Shown here: positions 10,446 to 19,615 of the stretch, piece after piece
How positions within the stretch are numbered: the first letter of the stretch is position 1
Layout: every line of letters begins with the position of its first letter
DNA from: Candidatus Omnitrophota bacterium
GTDB taxonomy: Bacteria; Omnitrophota; Gorgyraeia; Zapsychrales; Fredricksoniimonadaceae
Length of the DNA stretch: 64,000 nucleotides
Assembly (NCBI GenBank): GCA_044225175.1
Contig: JBGAJA010000001.1
Coordinates: 6,994-70,993 of the forward strand
Direction of reading: 5' to 3'
The notes under the pieces: model-generated
What the model was told of the DNA's origin: nothing
Database searches by the model: none
What the model saw: only the letters and a program-made list of their open reading frames with translations
Translations under genes and position numbers: made by a program

Positions 10446-10508
10446 TTGACAATAATTATGTTCTTCTTTATACTTCGTTTAATTAATAGTTAACATCATT
10501 AACTAATT
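10446..10508 (+). promoter_or_regulatory. Sigma70-like promoter (TTGACA-17-TATACT) followed by an imperfect inverted repeat TAATTAatAGTTAAcatcaTTAACTaaTTA between the -10 box and the RBS; putative MarR autoregulatory operator
   Basis: TTGACA sits at 10446-51 and TATACT at 10469-74. An AT-rich inverted repeat at ~10479-10508 lies immediately upstream of the marR start at 10511. Confidence 0.5.
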
Positions 10509-10510
10509 AG

Positions 10511-10945
10511 GTGAATATGGATGTTAAGATTTTTAGTAAGCGCATGATTGAATTGATGCCTCAATGTATCAGAGGATTCCATAGTTACGAATCCAACTAT
10601 CTTTCCCATGGCAAAATAAGCCAACCACAGTTTTGGGCTTTAGAGTATCTTTCCCGTAAAGGGCCTTCCTTAATGAGTGAAATTGCTGATTTTTTAGCTG
10701 TTAGTCGTCCAGCTGCTACAGGACTAATTGATCGATTGATTATCCAAAAACTTGTCAGCCGACAAGTTGGAGAGGATGATAGACGCAGCGTTAAAGTAGA
10801 GATTACTGCTAAGGGTAAAAAGATCGTTTCCAATATATGGGACCAGAAACGCCGAAGTTTAGAGAAAGTTTTTTCTCAGATTTCTTCCAAAGATAGACGC
10901 CAGCATTTGGAAATTTTAGAAAGGGTTGTGAAAGTTCTTTCTAGT
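10511..10945 (+). CDS. MarR-family transcriptional regulator (wHTH). There is no in-frame stop; the frame continues into the downstream OMF gene, so the 3' end is approximate.
   Basis: The MarR wHTH region reads QFWALEYLSRKGPSLMSEIADFLAVSRPAATGLIDRLIIQKLVSRQVGEDDRRSVKVEITAKGKK. The domain is complete by ~aa 145 (nt ~10945). The track ORF 10511..12193 runs uninterrupted into the efflux OMF. Confidence 0.6.
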
Positions 10946-12193
10946 GGAGTTTGTATTCTTTTGATTGAAGTGATTGCTTTTTTTAGCTTTTCAATCAGTG
11001 CTTTTGCAAGTGAGCAGCCTCCTACTGCGCTGACACTTCAAGAAGCTTATCAACTGGCTCTTAAGCGTTCAGAATCAATTGCGATCAATCAAGAAATCAT
11101 CAAAGAGGCTGAAGGGCGGTTTTTGCGCTCTTTTAGCGGCATATTGCCTCAAGTCAATTATGAAATTTCCCGCCAATGGCAGGATCAAAGCTCCAATGAT
11201 TCAAGTGGCAATAGATACCGACGTTTTACATTAAGCCAGCCTTTATTTAGTGGTTTTAAAGAGTATGCAGCGATTTCCTCGACAAAAGCTCTTCGTAAAC
11301 AAAGAGAAAGTGAGCTTAGGCGAGCCCAAGAGCTTCTTTTTACAGATGTGGCCGATGCGTTCTATTTAATTCTAACTTATCAAGAAGATTTGCAAGCTTT
11401 AGGAGATATTCATAAAGCATTAACAGATCGCTTTGGGGAATTGAAACGGCGGCAAGATTTGGGTCGATCTCGTGAGAGCGAGGTTGCTAGTGCAGAAGCC
11501 TCCTTGTATAAGACTGAAGCTGATCAGGAAGCTGTCAGAAGTCAATTATCTGTTGGTCAACAGCTTTTAGAATTTTTGACGGGAAAGCCTTTTAGTGGTA
11601 TTCAAGAGGACCCTTTACCCACTGATTCTGCTAAAACAATGGATGAATTTGTAGCGAAGGCTAATCAAAGAGCAGATGTTCAAGCAGCCAGGCAAGCTGT
11701 CATTGTGGCTAAAAAGAATGTGACCATTGCTCGAGCCGGATTTTGGCCATCTGTAACACTGGATGGAAATTCTTATGACCAAAGAAAGGGTGCTTCTGAG
11801 AATGTAGATTGGGATGTCACTTTAAATATAACTGTTCCACTTTTCAATGGAGGCGAGACCGTTGGAAGTATTAAAGAAGCTCAGGCCCTTGCCAAACAAT
11901 CGGAATTATTATTGAGTCAAACAGAACGTTTGGCTGTTTTAGATATTCAAAATTCTTATACCAGATTTCTAGAAGGTCAGAAAAGAGAATCAGCTTTAAA
12001 AAAGGCATCTGATTCTGCCCAGCGAAACTTCCAATTGCAGGAAAGAGACTACAAAAGCAGCTTGGTTAATAACTTGGATGTTTTGCAAGCCCTTGAAGAT
12101 TGGACAGATCGACGCAGGGATTACATTGTTATTAAAAATGATGCGAAACGATCTTATTGGAATTTAAAAGTAGCTGCAGGAGAGTTGATATGA
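10928..12193 (+). CDS. Outer-membrane efflux factor (TolC/OMF family); the start is inferred at an in-frame GTG with a signal peptide
   Basis: GTG at 10928 gives MKVLSSGVCILLIEVIAFFSFSISAFA-SEQ, a classic signal peptide with an AFA cleavage site. The mature region carries the two-repeat OMF architecture (LTLQEAYQLALKRSESI..., ...ARAGFWPSVTLDGNSYD...). The 3' end shares an ATGA overlap with the RND pump gene. Confidence 0.6.
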   Translation: MKVLSSGVCILLIEVIAFFSFSISAFASEQPPTALTLQEAYQLALKRSESIAINQEIIKEAEGRFLRSFSGILPQVNYEISRQWQDQSSNDSSGNRYRRFTLSQPLFSGFKEYAAISSTKALRKQRESELRRAQELLFTDVADAFYLILTYQEDLQALGDIHKALTDRFGELKRRQDLGRSRESEVASAEASLYKTEADQEAVRSQLSVGQQLLEFLTGKPFSGIQEDPLPTDSAKTMDEFVAKANQRADVQAARQAVIVAKKNVTIARAGFWPSVTLDGNSYDQRKGASENVDWDVTLNITVPLFNGGETVGSIKEAQALAKQSELLLSQTERLAVLDIQNSYTRFLEGQKRESALKKASDSAQRNFQLQERDYKSSLVNNLDVLQALEDWTDRRRDYIVIKNDAKRSYWNLKVAAGELI

Positions 12194-15100
12194 CGCTTTC
12201 TGATTTATCAATTAAAAGACCGGTATTTGCATGGATGGTCATGACAGCATTGATTGTTTTTGGGGTCATTTGCTATAAGAATTTGGGGATCAGCCAACTT
12301 CCCGACGTGGAGGTCCCAACAATTGCAGTTAACGTGACATGGTCAGGCGCTGCACCTGAAGTGATGGAAAGCAATGTTGTCGATGTCATTGAAGGGGCTG
12401 TTTTATCTGTTCAAGGCATCAAAAATGTTACCTCTGCTGTTCGTAATGGCTCAGCTTCTATCACAATTGAATTAGAGCTAGGGCGTGATCCGGATGTGGC
12501 TGTTCAGGAAGTTCAATCTAAGATTTCTCAGGCCCAAAGACTTTTACCCAAAGATATTGATCCTCCCATTATTTCAAAAGTTAACCCTGCACAACAACCT
12601 ATCGTTTGGTTGACTCTTTCTGGGGATAAGGCAACTCCCCGTCAATTAATGGAATATGTGCAAGACCATCTGCAGGACAAATTTTCACCTGTTCGTGGGG
12701 TAGGGCAAGTGAATTTAGGCGGTTTTGTGGCGCCCAATTTAAGGTTATGGATTGACCGTGATAAACTTTTGGCCAATGAATTGACAGTTGCAGATGTGAT
12801 TAGGGCTATTGAGAGTGAACATTCTGAAATCCCAGCTGGCCGCATTGAAACTAAAGATAAGGAACAAGTTGTTCGGGCTATGGGGGAAGTTAAGACTGCG
12901 AAAGATTTTGAGAATATAGTCATTGCCAAACGGAATGGAGGGCCTAATTACAAGCCTATCTTCCTTAAAGACATTGGTAGCGTTGAAGATGGATTGGATG
13001 ATGTGCGTCGTTTGTCTCGCAGTAACGGGATCACAGCCATTGGTTTGGGAATTCAAAAGCAAATTGGTTCTAACGAAGTGGAAGTGGGTCGTGGGGTCAT
13101 GAAGAAGCTAGAAGAAGTTAGAAAAGAGCTGCCCAAAGATTTGAAACTGGACGTTGTTATTAATAGAACTAAATTCATTGAAGAATCCATTCATGAACTT
13201 ATGTTTACACTCTTTCTTTCAGCTTTAGTGACTTCTTTGGTTTGTTGGATTTTTTTAGGATCTTGGACAGCCACTTTAAACATCCTTTTGGCAATACCCA
13301 CGTCGATCATTGGCACATTTATTGTGATCAATTTTTTGGGTTTTACGCTTAACACATTTACCGTCCTTGGGCTTTCTTTAGCTATAGGAATCGTAGTTGA
13401 TGATTCCATTATGGTTTTGGAGAATATTGTTCGCTACCGGGAACAGGGTAAAGGACGGGTGGAAGCGGCAGTCATGGGGGCTCGCCAAATTACTTTTGCA
13501 GCATTAGCAGCCACATTATCGATCATTGCTATCTTTTTGCCTGTTGCATTTATGTCCGGTATGATTGGAAAATTCTTTTATCAATTCGGCGTGACTATTT
13601 CCGTTGCTGTTGCCTTATCTTTGCTTGAAGCATTAATGCTTACACCCATGCGTTGTTCTCAATTCTTACAAGTCAAAGAACGAATGTCTCGTTTTGGTCA
13701 TGCTGTAGACCAAACATTTCATTTATTATCTGATAATTATAGAAGTACTTTGCGCTGGACATTAGAGCACAGATGGAGTGTTCTTATAAGTTCAGTGATT
13801 ATTTCTGTTGTGGTCGCTGTATTTTTTGGAGGTCACTTAAGAAAAGAGTTTGTTCCGCCACAAGATCAAAGTCAGTTCTTATGCTCGCTCAAGACTCCTC
13901 CAGGTTCTTCTATTGAATTTACTAACGAGCGTTTTAAACAAGCAGAGAAGTTTGTCATGAGCCGTCCTGAAGTGAACCGTTACTTTGCCTTCATTGGTGG
14001 TTTTCAAGGAGGACAAGTTAATGAAGGAAGGATATTCGTTTCTTTAAAATCTCCTAAAGATAGGCCAGTTGCAGAAGGAAATAAAAAGCCTTTAAACCAA
14101 ACAGAGTTGATCGCGTTATTTCGTAAGGAACTCAATAAAATTTCTGGCTTAAAAGCATTTATTCAAGACTTGTCGCTAAGCGGCTTTTCTGCTCAACGCG
14201 GGTTTCCGATTGAAATGACCGTTCAAGGGCCAGATTGGGAAAAGCTTCATCAATTTTCTGAGGAAATCAGCAAGAAAATGAGTCAAACTTCAACCCTTGT
14301 TGACGTGGACACAGATTACGATGAAGGGGCGATGGAAATTCAAGTCATTCCCAATCGAGAAAAAGTGGCCCAATATGGGGTTAGTGTGGAAGATATTAAT
14401 AATGTTATCACTGCTACGATCGGAAGCTTAAAGGTTTCCCAATACACCCATAATGATAAACGTTATGATGTAAAGGTTCGGCTGATTCCAGGCCAAAGAG
14501 AAAGGCCAGATGACATTTTAAACTTAGTGGTTTGGAATAATCGAGGAGAATTAGTTAGTCTTAAAGAGCTGGTTGAAATCAAAGAGAAACCTACAGCGGT
14601 TACAATCACCCGCCGAAACCGTGAACGATCAATCAATATTTCTGCCAATTATGCTCCCGGAACATCTCAATCTGTAGCTATGCAAGAGGCTATCAGCATT
14701 GCTAAATCAATTTTACCTGAAGGATATACAGCTATTTTTACCGGAAGTTCTCAAGCTGCCCGGGAATCTAATAGCGGAATCTTATTCATTTTTTTACTTG
14801 GAATTGGGGTGGCTTATATGGTGTTGGCCTCCCAGTTTAATAGCTATGTGCATCCTATCAGTGTTTTAATGGCCCTTCCTTTTAGTGTGACAGGTGGGCT
14901 GCTTGCCCTTTGGTTAGCCGGCCAGTCTTTGAATGTGTACAGCATGATCGGAATTGTACTTTTGATGGGGATTGTTAAGAAAAATTCTATTTTGTTAGTT
15001 GATTTTACCAATTATACAAGAGAGCAGGGAAAAGGGATTAAAGAAGCTTTGATTGAAGCCTGTCCTATTAGATTAAGGCCTATTTTAATGACCTCTTGTG

Positions 15101-15324
15101 CCACTATTGCAGCTGCCATTCCACCTGCATTGGCCATTGGTCCGGGTGCAGAAGTACGTATCCCTATGTCTGTTGCGGTTATAGGAGGTGTGATTGTATC
15201 CACATTTTTTACATTATTTGTAGTTCCTTGTGTTTATAGTTTATTAACTCGATTTGAACATCATCATAACCCTGCTGATGGCTCTTTTGAAAAATCCTTT
15301 GGTGAGTTCGTTTCGAAATCTTAA
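12190..15324 (+). CDS. RND (HAE1/AcrB-like) efflux transporter, inner-membrane pump
   Basis: The AcrB-type N-terminus MTLSDLSIKRPVFAWMVMTALIVFGV is followed by a 12-TM profile with two large periplasmic loops over ~1045 aa. The start is taken at the internal Met whose ATG overlaps the OMF stop in an ATGA junction. Confidence 0.9.
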   Translation: MTLSDLSIKRPVFAWMVMTALIVFGVICYKNLGISQLPDVEVPTIAVNVTWSGAAPEVMESNVVDVIEGAVLSVQGIKNVTSAVRNGSASITIELELGRDPDVAVQEVQSKISQAQRLLPKDIDPPIISKVNPAQQPIVWLTLSGDKATPRQLMEYVQDHLQDKFSPVRGVGQVNLGGFVAPNLRLWIDRDKLLANELTVADVIRAIESEHSEIPAGRIETKDKEQVVRAMGEVKTAKDFENIVIAKRNGGPNYKPIFLKDIGSVEDGLDDVRRLSRSNGITAIGLGIQKQIGSNEVEVGRGVMKKLEEVRKELPKDLKLDVVINRTKFIEESIHELMFTLFLSALVTSLVCWIFLGSWTATLNILLAIPTSIIGTFIVINFLGFTLNTFTVLGLSLAIGIVVDDSIMVLENIVRYREQGKGRVEAAVMGARQITFAALAATLSIIAIFLPVAFMSGMIGKFFYQFGVTISVAVALSLLEALMLTPMRCSQFLQVKERMSRFGHAVDQTFHLLSDNYRSTLRWTLEHRWSVLISSVIISVVVAVFFGGHLRKEFVPPQDQSQFLCSLKTPPGSSIEFTNERFKQAEKFVMSRPEVNRYFAFIGGFQGGQVNEGRIFVSLKSPKDRPVAEGNKKPLNQTELIALFRKELNKISGLKAFIQDLSLSGFSAQRGFPIEMTVQGPDWEKLHQFSEEISKKMSQTSTLVDVDTDYDEGAMEIQVIPNREKVAQYGVSVEDINNVITATIGSLKVSQYTHNDKRYDVKVRLIPGQRERPDDILNLVVWNNRGELVSLKELVEIKEKPTAVTITRRNRERSINISANYAPGTSQSVAMQEAISIAKSILPEGYTAIFTGSSQAARESNSGILFIFLLGIGVAYMVLASQFNSYVHPISVLMALPFSVTGGLLALWLAGQSLNVYSMIGIVLLMGIVKKNSILLVDFTNYTREQGKGIKEALIEACPIRLRPILMTSCATIAAAIPPALAIGPGAEVRIPMSVAVIGGVIVSTFFTLFVVPCVYSLLTRFEHHHNPADGSFEKSFGEFVSKS

Positions 15325-15402
15325 GTATTTCCCCTCCTACTATATCCTCAAAGAAATTGATGTTTTCTGGAAGTTTAGGGACTTTCTGGTATACTTGGAA
15401 CC

Positions 15403-17370
15403 ATGTTTAAAAAGCTCAAAGATACGATTTGTGGCAAGGCTTTAAGTCCTCAGGACACGAATTTGATGCATAATATGTCCCTAATTGCCTTTTTTGCCTG
15501 GGTTGGCTTAGGGGCCGATGGGCTTTCATCTTCTTGCTATGGTCCCGAAGAAGCTTATTTAGCCTTGGGAGCAGGGCATACTCATTTAAGTATTTTTGTG
15601 GCCATTGCCACTATGATCACAGTTTTTGTCATTTCTGCTAGTTATAGCCTTATTATTGAACTTTTTCCCAATGGTGGTGGAGGATACTTAGTTGCCAGTC
15701 GTTTAATTTCTCCCAATGTGGGGATGGTAGCTGGATGCGCTCTTTTAATTGACTATCTATTGACTATCTCTATTTCATTAGCTAGTGGTACAGATGCCCT
15801 TTTTAGTTTCCTACCTATTGAATTTCAACAATATAAGCTGGTTTTTTGTGTTGGAAGCCTTTTGTTGCTTACGATCATGAATATTCGAGGAGTTAAAGAG
15901 TCAATTTTGCCCTTAGTTCCCATATTCTTGACATTCATTTTTACGCATTTATTCATGATTGTCTATGCCATGGCTATCCATGTGAACAAATTTCCCTCTA
16001 TTATACAGGATACCGGAGTTGAGATTAATCAAACATATGGGGAATTAGGTATGTGGGGAATGCTGTTTTTGATTCTCAAGGCCTATAGTTTAGGGGCTGG
16101 GACATATACGGGTATTGAAGCTGTCAGTAATGGTCTTCCTATTTTACGTGAGCCACGGGTTAAAACCGGAAAAAGAACGATGCTGTATATGTCTCTGTCT
16201 TTGGCTTTTACAGTATTTGGACTGATGATTGCTTATGTGATTTATGATATAGGAGCTGTTCCTGGAAAGACGTTAAATGCAGTGTTATTTGAAACATTTT
16301 CCAGCAGTTGGGGGCCACCTGGTCAAGCCTTCGTATGGATTAGTCTTATTTCTGAGGCTTTTATCTTGTTTGTTGCAGCTCAAAGTGGATTTTTAGGGGG
16401 CCCGAGAGTTTTAGCCAATATGGCTATTGATCGCTGGTTTCCTACCAAATTTGCCGCTTTAAGCGACCGATTAGTCACCCAAAAAGGAGTGCTTCTAATG
16501 GGAGGCGCTGCTCTTATTACCATTTTAGCAACTAATGCTTCTGTTAAATATTTAGTAGTTCTTTATAGTATCAATGTATTTATCACATTTTCTTTATCTC
16601 AACTGGGGATGGTGCGCTATTGGTGGCAGAAGAAGACCGAAATTAAAGATTGGGTTAGAAAATTTTTTATTAACGGAATTGCCCTTATCCTGACAACATT
16701 CATTTTGATTGCCATTGTGATTTTAAAGTTTCATGAAGGGGGATGGGTTACCATATTGGTGACAGGGTCTTTAATTGGTGTTGCGATTATCATTAAGAAA
16801 CATTATTTGCAAACAGCCAAACAGTTACAGCGTCTTAATCATTTAGTCCAGGCTGCCTTTGTATCCGTTAAAGACATGGAAGGTGAGGAAGTTGCCAAGC
16901 CGCCTTTAGATCCAAACTCTAAGACGGCTGTGTTGGTTGTGAATGGTTTTAATGGGCTTGGACTACACACATTATTTAATGTGACGCGTCTTTTCAGTAA
17001 GGAATTTAAGAATTTCGTATTTATTCAAGTTGGCGTGATCGATGCGGGGAACTTTAAAGGTGCAGATGATTTAAAGAGTTTGCAACAAAAAGTCACAGAG
17101 GACATTCAACGATATGTGCATTTTATGAATGCCCAGGGCTGCTATGCCGAGAGTATCACTTTGACTGGGACAGATGTAATCGATGAGGTTGAGAAGATAA
17201 GTCCGCAGCTTCTGCAACGATTACCTGGCGTGGTATTCTTTGGGGGACAAGTGGTTTTTGAAAAAGAAACGATTTTAACAAGATGGCTACACAACTATAC
17301 GGTCTTTTCCTTGCAAAGACGCCTTTATAACTATGGAATCCCCTTCATGGTTATGCCAATTAGGGTTTAA
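15403..17370 (+). CDS. APC-superfamily-like permease (about 12 TM helices plus a ~200-aa cytoplasmic C-terminal domain)
   Basis: The hydrophobic profile shows a GGGGYLVASRLISP motif in TM3 and an overall amino-acid/polyamine permease-like topology over 655 aa. Confidence 0.5.
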   Translation: MFKKLKDTICGKALSPQDTNLMHNMSLIAFFAWVGLGADGLSSSCYGPEEAYLALGAGHTHLSIFVAIATMITVFVISASYSLIIELFPNGGGGYLVASRLISPNVGMVAGCALLIDYLLTISISLASGTDALFSFLPIEFQQYKLVFCVGSLLLLTIMNIRGVKESILPLVPIFLTFIFTHLFMIVYAMAIHVNKFPSIIQDTGVEINQTYGELGMWGMLFLILKAYSLGAGTYTGIEAVSNGLPILREPRVKTGKRTMLYMSLSLAFTVFGLMIAYVIYDIGAVPGKTLNAVLFETFSSSWGPPGQAFVWISLISEAFILFVAAQSGFLGGPRVLANMAIDRWFPTKFAALSDRLVTQKGVLLMGGAALITILATNASVKYLVVLYSINVFITFSLSQLGMVRYWWQKKTEIKDWVRKFFINGIALILTTFILIAIVILKFHEGGWVTILVTGSLIGVAIIIKKHYLQTAKQLQRLNHLVQAAFVSVKDMEGEEVAKPPLDPNSKTAVLVVNGFNGLGLHTLFNVTRLFSKEFKNFVFIQVGVIDAGNFKGADDLKSLQQKVTEDIQRYVHFMNAQGCYAESITLTGTDVIDEVEKISPQLLQRLPGVVFFGGQVVFEKETILTRWLHNYTVFSLQRRLYNYGIPFMVMPIRV

Positions 17371-17382
17371 ATCTACAGAATT

Positions 17383-17637
17383 ATGGCGAAATTAAAATTA
17401 GATTTGCACGACATCTTTAACAAAGGTAAAGTCATCGATGCCGAATTAAACCGCATTATTCAAGAAGCCGTGGATAAGAGAATTTCTTTAGTGGAGATTA
17501 TTCCAGGAAAAGGAAGCGGTCAGCTTAAGAAAAGTGTTATAAGATTCTTGGAGCAAAAACATATCAAGGCTTTATACCATCGACTTGAGAAAGATGATAA
17601 GAATTTTGGCCGTATTTTTGTCCATTTCAAGTTTTAA
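17383..17637 (+). CDS. Smr-domain protein (small MutS-related)
   Basis: An 84-aa protein with LDLHD...VEIIPGKGSGQLKKSVIRFL, resembling the Smr motif LDLHG...I(I/V)HGKG. Confidence 0.45.
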   Translation: MAKLKLDLHDIFNKGKVIDAELNRIIQEAVDKRISLVEIIPGKGSGQLKKSVIRFLEQKHIKALYHRLEKDDKNFGRIFVHFKF

Positions 17638-17645
17638 TCTTCCCT

Positions 17646-18110
17646 ATGATCGATAAACTCAAAAAAGATATTCATGATTCCTTAAAGAAGTTTATGAGAT
17701 TGGAGGACTCTCCTCATAATATTTCCTTAGGCTTTTCAGTAGGGGTGTTTTTAGGTATTTTACCATTTACGGGGGTTTTAGCAGCCATCGCAGTAGCCTG
17801 GTATTTTAAACTTAACAAACCTGCTGCAATTTTAGGAAGTTTTTTAACCAATACATGGTTAGGATTTATCATTTTAGGTATTTCTATTCATTTAAGTTGC
17901 CAGTTTTTAGGAGTTAGTTATGCGAAAATCAAAGCTATATTTGAGCAATTCTTCAAAGATTTTCATTGGGAAGTCTTTGGAGATGCATTAATGTTAAAAA
18001 TATTAGCAGCAGTTGCTTTTGGGTATCTCATTTTGAGTCTTTTATTGAGTCTTATGGCCTATTTTGCCTGTTTAGCCTATATCCATTATAAAAAACGTCC
18101 CGTCCTATAA
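17646..18110 (+). CDS. Hypothetical small integral membrane protein (4 TM)
   Basis: Only the hydrophobicity pattern supports this 154-aa protein; I found no recognisable motif. Confidence 0.4.
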   Translation: MIDKLKKDIHDSLKKFMRLEDSPHNISLGFSVGVFLGILPFTGVLAAIAVAWYFKLNKPAAILGSFLTNTWLGFIILGISIHLSCQFLGVSYAKIKAIFEQFFKDFHWEVFGDALMLKILAAVAFGYLILSLLLSLMAYFACLAYIHYKKRPVL

Positions 18111-18197
18111 TTTTTCTTGTCATTTTTTACCTCCCGCCATATACTATGGTTCAAATTTGCAACCGACGACATTGACAACATAACAAAGGAGTAAATC

Positions 18198-19001
18198 GTG
18201 GCAGAATCAGTATTAAATCAAGAAGAACAAAAATTAGATTCTAATAATGCTGAGGGGCAAATTAAAGCCCGTAATGCTCGTATTTTTCGTATTGCAGGCG
18301 TTATTTTATCCGTTGTAATGCTTATATTAACGGCTTATGTTTTTAAAGCTCAACAAGAGAATAACAAGATTTTAATGCAGACCAATGAGGCAGTTTTGAC
18401 GTCTGTTAATCATATGGCAGGAAATTATCGTTCTTATGTAACTCAATATAAGGACACAAAAGCTCAATTAGAAGAAACAACTCGTAAGCTAGAAGCTGTC
18501 ACAGCACAGTTAAACGATGTCAGTGCTCAATTAGAAACAACCAAAGGCCTGCTCAATCAAACCCAAACTATGCTTACCCAAGCACAATCTGAAAATAATA
18601 AATTAAAAGAAGAATTACAAGGCCTAGATGGCATTAAATTGGATGAAAAAGTTCAAGATTTCAGCCAATTGGAAGCAAAAATTGCGGCTTTGAAGTCTAA
18701 GAACAATCAAACTGCTAATGAATTGACAGATTTGAGAGCTCAATTAAAAGCATTTCGAGCTGATTTTTCAACAGTAGAAGAGGGGCGTTCTTTAATTACA
18801 TTATTTCAAAATAAAATTAAATTAGTCAAAAGCCGTATGACTTATTTAGCTCAAGAGGCTTATTTTGCTAAAATTGCAGCTCAAAAAGAGCGTGATCGTT
18901 TAGCTACTTTAAACGGAAACAATGGATTTATGCTTCGTAATGGATCATCTCCAAAATCTGGAAATAAAAGTTTTTCAATTGATGTAAAAATGGTTCAATA
19001 A
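18198..19001 (+). CDS. Membrane-anchored coiled-coil protein (GTG start)
   Basis: The RBS AAGGAG lies 7 nt before GTG. An N-terminal TM segment (IAGVILSVVMLILTAYVF) is followed by a long Q/L/E/K-rich heptad region (LEETTRKLEAVTAQLNDVSAQLETTKGLL...). Confidence 0.5.
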   Translation: MAESVLNQEEQKLDSNNAEGQIKARNARIFRIAGVILSVVMLILTAYVFKAQQENNKILMQTNEAVLTSVNHMAGNYRSYVTQYKDTKAQLEETTRKLEAVTAQLNDVSAQLETTKGLLNQTQTMLTQAQSENNKLKEELQGLDGIKLDEKVQDFSQLEAKIAALKSKNNQTANELTDLRAQLKAFRADFSTVEEGRSLITLFQNKIKLVKSRMTYLAQEAYFAKIAAQKERDRLATLNGNNGFMLRNGSSPKSGNKSFSIDVKMVQ

Positions 19002-19024
19002 ATTTGACCAATTTAAGAGTATTT

Positions 19025-19056
19025 AAAGGCGTATGAGTAAATCATACGCCTTTTCC
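19025..19056 (+). terminator. Rho-independent terminator (12-bp stem aaaggcgtatga / tcatacgccttt, loop gtaaa, followed by a T-rich tail)
   Basis: A perfect inverted repeat sits 24 nt after the stop of the coiled-coil gene. Confidence 0.7.
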
Positions 19057-19087
19057 TTGTCCTTCATTCATAGAAACTCTAAAAGGA

Positions 19088-19116
19088 TTGAAAACCCCTC
19101 ATAAAATAGTTAATAT
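19088..19116 (+). promoter_or_regulatory. Sigma70-like promoter TTGAAA-17-TAATAT upstream of the yqeY-like gene
   Basis: The hexamers and spacing are read directly from the sequence. The RBS AAAGGAG lies 8 nt before ATG at 19141. Confidence 0.45.
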
Positions 19117-19140
19117 ATGTGAAATTTAAAGGAGAAAATT

Positions 19141-19593
19141 ATGTTATTAGAAGAAAAAATCTCACAAGATTATGTTACTGCAATGAAGGCGCGTGATTCT
19201 TTTCGTTCATCCGTCTTGAGCTTTTTGCGTGCCCAAGTCAAGAATATTAAAGTTGATAAACGTATCGAGGTTGTCCCTGATGAAGAGGTAATCTCGGTTC
19301 TCAAGAAGCAAATCAAACAGCGTCAGGATTCGATCTCGCAGTTTAAGGCTGGTAATCGTATTGATTTAGCAGAGAAAGAAGAGAAGGAATTAGAGGTCTT
19401 ACAAAGCTATTTACCTCAGATGGCCTCAGCCGAAGTCATTCAGTCTGCCATAGAAGAAGCTGTTAAAGAAACATCCGCAACCTCGATGAAAGATATGGGC
19501 AAGGTGATGAAAGAAGCTTTAGCTAAGTTAAATGGCAAAGCAGACAATCAACAAGTCAGCGCCTTAGTCAAAGAGCGTCTTTCCAAAATGTAA
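19141..19593 (+). CDS. yqeY: GatB/YqeY-domain protein
   Basis: A 150-aa protein with the typical YqeY N-terminus (LKEKISQDYVTAMKARD...LRAQVKN...VPDEEVISVLKKQIKQRQDSISQFKAGNR). Confidence 0.7.
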   Translation: MLLEEKISQDYVTAMKARDSFRSSVLSFLRAQVKNIKVDKRIEVVPDEEVISVLKKQIKQRQDSISQFKAGNRIDLAEKEEKELEVLQSYLPQMASAEVIQSAIEEAVKETSATSMKDMGKVMKEALAKLNGKADNQQVSALVKERLSKM

Positions 19594-19615
19594 GTTTAAT
19601 TAGAGAAAGGTTTTT

